NCBI GenBank assembly: GCA_963674945.2
Contig: CAXXWQ010000003.1
Coordinates: 288,001-352,000 of the forward strand
Source of the DNA: an uncultured Desulfosarcina sp.
GTDB lineage: Bacteria > Desulfobacterota > Desulfobacteria > Desulfobacterales > Desulfosarcinaceae
Direction of reading: 5' to 3'
DNA length: 64,000 bases
Part shown: piece after piece, positions 58,131 through 64,000 of the stretch
Numbering within the stretch: the first letter of the stretch is position 1
Layout: every line of letters begins with the position of its first letter
Notes under the pieces: model-generated
Database searches by the model: none
What the model was told of the DNA's origin: nothing
Seen by the model: only the letters and a program-made list of their open reading frames with translations
Translations under genes and position numbers: made by a program

Positions 58131-59701
58131 CCGAGCCTTCAATGGCCACAAAGCCCCCGGACACCGGGGCGATCAATAAGTGGATCATTGTGGCGACCAC
58201 GGTGTTGGGCTCGTTCATGTCGGTTATGGACGTCAGCGTCGTCAATGTGTCCCTGCCCCACATGATGGGAAGTTTCGGCCAGGATCTGTCGTCTATTACC
58301 TGGGTCGCTACCAGCTATACCATTGCCGAGATCATCATGGTCACCATGACGGGGTGGTGGAGTACCTTCATCGGACGGAAACGGCTCTATCTCTGGTCCT
58401 ATGGATTGTTCACCATCGGCTCCATCCTTTGCGGAACCGCCCAAACCTTCCCCCAGTTGATCGTCTACCGTGTGCTTCAAGGTATCGGGGGCGGCGCCCT
58501 GATCCCCGTCTCAACGGCGATCATGCGCGAGGCCTTCCCACCCGAAGAGCAGGGCATGGCCATCGCCATCAACGGCATGGGGGTAGTGCTGGCCCCGGCC
58601 CTCGGGCCCATTATCGGCGGTTGGCTGACGGACCAGTACGGTTGGCCCTGGATCTTTTATATCAACGTTCCGGTAAGCATTATAGCAATCTCCATGGCCG
58701 TGGCCTTTATCCATGATCCTCCTTATCTGCGGCGTGGAATCAAAAAGATTGACTGGGCAGGCATCATTCTTTTGGCCGTGACCTTGACCGGTATGCAGAT
58801 CATCCTCGAGCGGGGGCAATCCGAGAACTGGTTCGAATCAAACCTGATCACGGTTGGAACGGTTGTCACTTCCGTGGCCGCCCTGATTATGATCTGGTGG
58901 GAAATGAAAACGAAAGAGCCCGTGGTCAACCTTCGCATCTTACGGAATCTGCGCTTCACCGTTGGTTCGTCGGTGGGGATGCTTTTTGGATTGGCGCTCT
59001 TTGGGACCACCTTCGTTCTGCCGCAATTTACCCAGCAACTGCTCGGTTATCCCGCCTTCGAGGCGGGCCTGGTGCTGGCGCCAAGAGCCGTCATGCTGAT
59101 CATCATGTTTCCGGTGACCGGACACTTGATAAAGTACATGGAACCACGAAACCTCATTTTGATCGGTGCCGTCGTTACGATTTGGTCTTACCACGATTTA
59201 TCACAGCTTTCCCTCCAGGTCGGGTTCTGGAATATGGTCCCCATGCTGGTGGTCATGGGTATCGGTATGCCGCTCGTATTCACCACTCTCGGCACGGTTG
59301 CGCTATCCAACATTCCCCGCCCGGATATGACCGATGCCACGAGCCTTTACACGCTGACCCGGCGCGTGGGGGGAAACATCGGGTATGCCCTGGGCGCGAC
59401 CTGGGTATCCCGTGGCTTCCAGATTCACAGAAGCCATCTGGTCTCGCACGTCACGGCATCAAGCCCCCAACTCCTGGCCTACACGAAAGCAGGCACCGCA
59501 CTGGCTTCTCAAACCGCTATCGGAGCGGCCGCGGCGCCTCAGGCAAGCCTGGGCCTCGTCGACATGGTGGTGAACCGTCAGGCCGCCATGCTGGCCTACA
59601 ATGATACCTCCTTTTATTTCGGACTTCTCTACATTGCGATCATTCCCCTTGCGTTTCTTCTCCCCAAACGCTCCGAATTGTATACGCCAACGAAGCATTA
59701 G
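58127..59701 (+). CDS. DHA2 (EmrB/QacA) MFS efflux permease
   Basis: MDVSVVNVSLP, WVATSY, RVLQGIGGG, GPIIGGWLTD.YGWPWIFYINVP; ATGA coupling. Confidence 0.95.
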   Translation: MTEPSMATKPPDTGAINKWIIVATTVLGSFMSVMDVSVVNVSLPHMMGSFGQDLSSITWVATSYTIAEIIMVTMTGWWSTFIGRKRLYLWSYGLFTIGSILCGTAQTFPQLIVYRVLQGIGGGALIPVSTAIMREAFPPEEQGMAIAINGMGVVLAPALGPIIGGWLTDQYGWPWIFYINVPVSIIAISMAVAFIHDPPYLRRGIKKIDWAGIILLAVTLTGMQIILERGQSENWFESNLITVGTVVTSVAALIMIWWEMKTKEPVVNLRILRNLRFTVGSSVGMLFGLALFGTTFVLPQFTQQLLGYPAFEAGLVLAPRAVMLIIMFPVTGHLIKYMEPRNLILIGAVVTIWSYHDLSQLSLQVGFWNMVPMLVVMGIGMPLVFTTLGTVALSNIPRPDMTDATSLYTLTRRVGGNIGYALGATWVSRGFQIHRSHLVSHVTASSPQLLAYTKAGTALASQTAIGAAAAPQASLGLVDMVVNRQAAMLAYNDTSFYFGLLYIAIIPLAFLLPKRSELYTPTKH

Positions 59702-60184
59702 AATGGACGATAAAAGGGGAAGGGGTTGTTGTTTTCGGCGTAGCGGTTTCACATCGCTTATGGTCCTCAGGTACCGCTGCGTCGTTACTGGATGCCGTGG
59801 CGAATCAAAAGTAACGTTACTTAAACGATTCGTATTTCAGTTGGCGGCTGGCCACCCGCCAGAAAGAAGGTGCCACGCAGGAAAAACACCGGCATCTGCA
59901 TGATTCTGAATCGTATAGACATCTCAATGTGTCTGGACCATCCAGGATTGTGAAATACACGCAAATATTGGCATCCTATCGCTGATCAGGCCAGATCCCA
60001 ACTGGCAGACGAGATGCAAGATCTTAGAACCACCACAAAACCTTTACAATTTATCTACTGCCGCCATCTGTTCGGACCATCTTGCTTGTCCCGTTTCCTC
60101 CCGGTTCAATCACTTGTTAGGAAATTTATTGGTCCAGCCTTACCCTCTGCCGCGTGGTGAAGGTAACGGACGGCCCAATGGGCA

Positions 60185-60200
60185 TGGCATCTTTCTTGCT
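60185..60200 (+). promoter_or_regulatory. Candidate sigma54 promoter
   Basis: TGGCATCTTTCTTGCT, matches TGGCAY-N5-TTGCW. Confidence 0.6.
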
Positions 60201-60308
60201 GTCTTATTTGGTCAAAACGATCCTTTTCATATTAGCGCCAAGAAGAAGTTTCACCCGTATTTCCCAACCATGGTAAAAGGTCATTCGGAAAGACAGAAAG
60301 GGGGGAAC

Positions 60309-60527
60309 ATGATTCAGTCACCGTGTCGCAATTGTCCAAATCGGGACAAAGACAAGCGTCATTGCATGGAGTCTTGTGTTCTGATGCATCGGGTGCAGAT
60401 GTTCCAGATTGGACGATTGGAACCGCCGATCTATACGGCCGTAGATTGTGCGGATGACAATCGCTACCGATTGCTGAGCGCCCATGATATACGGCGATTC
60501 GACAGAGGCAGTCCAGGTTTCTATTGA
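60309..60527 (+). CDS. Small Cys-rich hypothetical protein (72 aa)
   Basis: AAAGGGGGG RBS; MIQSPCRNC-x9-CMESC... Confidence 0.65.
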   Translation: MIQSPCRNCPNRDKDKRHCMESCVLMHRVQMFQIGRLEPPIYTAVDCADDNRYRLLSAHDIRRFDRGSPGFY

Positions 60528-60628
60528 GCCATAGTGAAGCGTTTCTAATGTAGAAAAACTGCCGTCGCCCGACCATCCATGTTGAGAGGTTTCTCTGCAA
60601 CATTGTGTCCATAAAGGAGGAAAATAAA

Positions 60629-60874
60629 ATGGAAAAAAAAGTAACGACTTATGAATGTGCCTTTTGCGGTTATACTTCCGAAGGTAAGTTCGAAGGAGAT
60701 ATCTGTCCCCAATGTAATTTGACTTACTGGAAATGTGGAAACTGCGGATTTCTGGTAACCTCGGGGAAACCACCGGAAACTTGTCCTAACTGTAGTGAAA
60801 AGTGCGCATTTAAAGATGTTACCTGTTACACCCCCGAATGCGGAGGCCCCGGTCATGTCGATAACAGGTTGTAA
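60629..60874 (+). CDS. Double rubredoxin-like/zinc-ribbon protein (81 aa)
   Basis: AAGGAGG RBS; four CxxC pairs (CAFC, CPQC, CGNC, CPNC) plus a C...VTCYTPEC tail. Confidence 0.82.
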   Translation: MEKKVTTYECAFCGYTSEGKFEGDICPQCNLTYWKCGNCGFLVTSGKPPETCPNCSEKCAFKDVTCYTPECGGPGHVDNRL

Positions 60875-60924
60875 AACTCTTAGAATGAAGAAATTCACGG
60901 TTTTTCACTGCCCAGCGATGGATA

Positions 60925-61689
60925 TTACAGGGAGGGATATTGGTTTGTGTTCATCAGGCCCGGCGTGCCAACCCGGATCAGATCGCCAAGCAGCTCCTGC
61001 CCGCTTTCTTCGAGCTTTGCCAGGCAGCGCTGCAGGATCATGGCGGTGGCCAGGGCATCACCGGTGGCGCTATGCCGCCGGTAGATGCGGATCCCCAGAT
61101 GCTGGGAGATGGATTCGAGATCTGCAACGGGGAAACTGCGTGCCGGTTTCGTTGCCCCGCTTACCGACAAGTCGGGCTTTTGCGGCGGTGGCAGGACGTG
61201 CGTCAGCAGCAGCCGCTCGCAAAGCAGCCGGTTGTCGATGACCAGATTCTGCAGCCGGAATCCGCACCGGGCCAGCATCAGGCGGTTGAGAAAGGCGATA
61301 TCGAACCAGGCCGGATGCGCCACCAGAATATCACTGCCCAGAAACGTCAGAAATCGATCCAGGGCTTCCGGACCGGACGGTGCGGAAACCAGCATCGAGG
61401 GGACGATGCCGTGAACGGTAATGGCCTCGGGAAGTGCCGTGTTACCTGGGTTGACCAGTTGATCGAACATTCGGCCGAGATGGATTCGTCCGTCGATCAC
61501 CTTAAACGCCCCAATGCTGACCACGCTGTTCGTTCGCGTATCCAGGCCGGTGGTCTCCAGGTCCACTACCGTAAATGTATAGCTTGCGGCGGGCCGGGAG
61601 ATATCCAGATGGTCCAGCGCATCCAGATTTGCGGCCGCAATGGGCGGTAGGGTCCGGCGGCGCAGTTTAAAGCGTAGCAGACGGTTCAT
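60925..61689 (-). CDS. DEDDh 3'-5' exonuclease (DnaQ-like)
   Basis: VVDLETTG, VHGI, AHPAWFDIAFL, RHSATGDA. Confidence 0.92.
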   Translation of the reverse strand: MNRLLRFKLRRRTLPPIAAANLDALDHLDISRPAASYTFTVVDLETTGLDTRTNSVVSIGAFKVIDGRIHLGRMFDQLVNPGNTALPEAITVHGIVPSMLVSAPSGPEALDRFLTFLGSDILVAHPAWFDIAFLNRLMLARCGFRLQNLVIDNRLLCERLLLTHVLPPPQKPDLSVSGATKPARSFPVADLESISQHLGIRIYRRHSATGDALATAMILQRCLAKLEESGQELLGDLIRVGTPGLMNTNQYPSL

Positions 61690-61723
61690 GAAGCGGGCAG
61701 GAAGAAGTGTTACCTTGGTACGC

Positions 61724-63661
61724 CTATCGCAGGTTCCAGATTTGGTACCTTCTGGACAAGAGATCTTGCAACTGCCGGATGATGGTAAAGCTATCCTTGA
61801 GCACCTTGCGTTCCATGGGATTGAGCAGGGCCGGATCTACAAAGTTGTTCAGCGGCAGCCCATGCGCGCGGGCGCGCAGATGGTGACTGATGCGGATGAA
61901 GTTGATGTAATCATACGCGTCATCGATCGCCGCCGTGAAATCGGCGTCGAGAACGTGCTGCTGTTGAATCCTATTAAGACGGGCCATGGTATTGGTTTCC
62001 GGGATACCCGCCTCCAAAGCCATGATCCGGGCCGCATCCACCACTGGCGTCAGGCCGTGTAACTTCAGGTTGAGCCCGCTGCTTTGCGCACCGGATGTCT
62101 CCACCACGAACTGACGCAAAAATCCCAGGGGTGGTCGGTTGGTCAGCGCATTCGCCGTCATCTGTCGGGCGTAGTGTATCTTCCCTGCAGCCATGTCGGT
62201 CAGTTGACGGCGCAGTTGACGGGCTCCGTCGAAGCCATCGCCGACGCTGCGGAAGTCGAAAAAAACGGTTGCCAGGCGCATCCTTTCCGGTGTTGGATTA
62301 TCTATCCAGTCGGCGAATATCTTCCGCCATGCGCGCTGTCCCATGCACCATTGGGGATTGCTCGCCATCACGCCACCTTTGCAGCGGGGAATGCCGAACC
62401 GCGCCAGGGCATCCACCACCTTTTGAGCCAGGGTCTGAAACCACTGCCGCACGACCGGCTCCGTCTCCGGATCGACATCCTGGTAGAGCAGTGCGTTGTC
62501 CTGATCGGTGCAAAGCGTTTGCTCCCGACGTCCTTCGCTGCCCATGGCCAGCCAGCAGTAAGGGACAGGCGGCGGCCCCCATTTGTCCGCCGCCATCTTC
62601 TCTTCGATGACGCGGATAAACTGGCGGGTGACGCGGTCGTTCAGCTCGGCAACCAGCGCCATCATGGGTTTGACTGCGCTGCTGCGCTGCATCGCCATTT
62701 CCAGGACCCGGTCTATATGAACCCGTTTACCGACCAGTTCGTCGATGCTGGTGGCATTGGCGATGTCACCGATTATGCCTACCGGGGTCGTGCCGGTGGC
62801 CAACTGAAAATCGTGCTCGCTGATGATACCCGTCGCACGCCGGTTCTCGGTTACGACCAGATGGCTGACGGCAAAGCGGCTCATATCCAGCAGCGCATCG
62901 AATGCAAAGGCATCGGGTGCGATATCACGTACCGGTGTCGTCATTATCCTGCCAACAGGGGTGTCCAGGCCGTGTCCGTCGGCAACGATCTGGTTGCGCA
63001 GGTCGGTGTCTGTTAGAATGCCTGTCGGCTGGCCGTGAGAATCGAGGATGATGATGGAGCCGACACCGCGCGCCTTCATTCGCTGGGCCGCGAGCCGTAC
63101 GGACGTCTGCCGATCGCAGGTCAAAAGATTCTGCGACATCAATTCCCATACCCGTTTGCCGGTCATGAACTGGTCGAATTGAATCTGGTTTTCAAGGGTC
63201 AACAGATCGCGTTGGGTGTCAGCGGACCTGCGCACGGCCTTGAAATTGCGGGCCAGCGAAAAACCAAGGAAGCGGTGAAACTGTGGATGCTTTGCCAGCA
63301 GACGGTCCACGGTCGCCTTTGGGACAAGGAAAGCGATCAAGTCCTCCTGGGCGGTGATGTTGAACAATGCATTCTTACCCTCCAGAAGGCTCACGGCACC
63401 GAAACTGTCCCCCTCACCCCGCAAATCGACCAGGATCTCCTCGCCCGATTCGTCGGGGATGGAGATTCGGGCGCAGCCAGTCTGGACGATGTAGAGGAAG
63501 CCACTGGGCGGCTCACCTTTATGGATGATTTGCCGGCCGGCCGGATAAAAAGCAACCTGGGTCGCTGCGACGACCGCAGCCATTGTGTCGTTCTCAAGAT
63601 TGTTGAACGGCACCACGGTTTTCAAAAATTCGATGATTCCCGGCAGGGGATTGGTATCCAT
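61724..63661 (-). CDS. cNMP-binding + CBS pair + DUF294 putative nucleotidyltransferase
   Basis: cNMP-type GDSFG, two CBS domains, MGSEGRREQTLCTDQDNAL, GGVMASNPQW, FFDFR, NLKLHG. Confidence 0.93.
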   Translation of the reverse strand: MDTNPLPGIIEFLKTVVPFNNLENDTMAAVVAATQVAFYPAGRQIIHKGEPPSGFLYIVQTGCARISIPDESGEEILVDLRGEGDSFGAVSLLEGKNALFNITAQEDLIAFLVPKATVDRLLAKHPQFHRFLGFSLARNFKAVRRSADTQRDLLTLENQIQFDQFMTGKRVWELMSQNLLTCDRQTSVRLAAQRMKARGVGSIIILDSHGQPTGILTDTDLRNQIVADGHGLDTPVGRIMTTPVRDIAPDAFAFDALLDMSRFAVSHLVVTENRRATGIISEHDFQLATGTTPVGIIGDIANATSIDELVGKRVHIDRVLEMAMQRSSAVKPMMALVAELNDRVTRQFIRVIEEKMAADKWGPPPVPYCWLAMGSEGRREQTLCTDQDNALLYQDVDPETEPVVRQWFQTLAQKVVDALARFGIPRCKGGVMASNPQWCMGQRAWRKIFADWIDNPTPERMRLATVFFDFRSVGDGFDGARQLRRQLTDMAAGKIHYARQMTANALTNRPPLGFLRQFVVETSGAQSSGLNLKLHGLTPVVDAARIMALEAGIPETNTMARLNRIQQQHVLDADFTAAIDDAYDYINFIRISHHLRARAHGLPLNNFVDPALLNPMERKVLKDSFTIIRQLQDLLSRRYQIWNLR

Positions 63662-64000
63662 GAAAATTCTGGCTCACGACGAATGGGACTGGTGCGAGCG
63701 CCGGCAGTTGCGCTTTCGGTAATGGAGGTCAGCACACCAATATGGCCGGCGATCTGTCTGACAGTCACAATAAAACCGATTACAACTCCAGACTATTTGT
63801 TTTTAGTTGTTAAAATACCATTAAATATTATCTGAAAAATATTCTCCGCGAATTGGTCCGCATCATACGTTTTGTCAAATAGAAGACTTGGCAAGACAAC
63901 ATGCTCTATGCTTCCCAGAATAATTTGCATGAGAAACCAGGACGAAACATCCTCTCGAATTTCACCACTGTTGATTCCTTCCTTAATCAGAGAGCGAATG

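Noticed and set aside
1..64000. CRISPR arrays, tRNA/rRNA, riboswitches, prophage or integron
   Set aside because: I saw no regularly spaced repeats, recognisable structural RNA motifs, or integrase/phage genes by eye; a covariance-model scan would be needed to exclude small RNAs.

Overview
Bacterial chromosomal window, inferred from gene content to come from an anaerobic sulfate-reducing Desulfobacterota (Desulfosarcina/Desulfobacteraceae-like). I saw no rRNA, tRNA or CRISPR array. Left part: a tandem Lrp regulator, a TonB receptor facing a CHASE8 hybrid kinase and REC-GGDEF-EAL pair, an FHA-EAL protein, small transporters, an internally deleted FadL-like gene followed by a secreted protein with an insect-defensin-like C-terminal domain, a MinD-like/J-like-HTH pair, a thiolase, an eroded MalT-like gene and an IS1380. 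Middle: an iorAB/FrhB-like/MaoC cluster, then a decaying acyl-CoA catabolic region. It holds IclR, Fe-ADH and ACAD fused tail-to-tail by a deletion, GntR, MFS, korDABC, a VOC epimerase, DUF2889, three crotonases, AtuA, CoA-transferase AB, two unannotated desulforedoxin-like miniproteins, a USP and FabK/NMO, and it is hit by two further IS elements with intact ends and target duplications. Right part: a Cys-rich lipoprotein behind a sigma54-type site, an orphan glycyl radical enzyme with an atypical GCID Cys loop, EmrAB-like efflux, two small Cys-rich proteins and a DUF294 nucleotidyltransferase/DEDDh exonuclease pair. Best leads: the defensin-domain protein, the GCID glycyl radical enzyme, the desulforedoxin-like pair in the AtuA/crotonase cluster, and NrdR-box-like sites at both ends of the IS1595. 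Family calls come from recognising motifs by eye, not from database searches.
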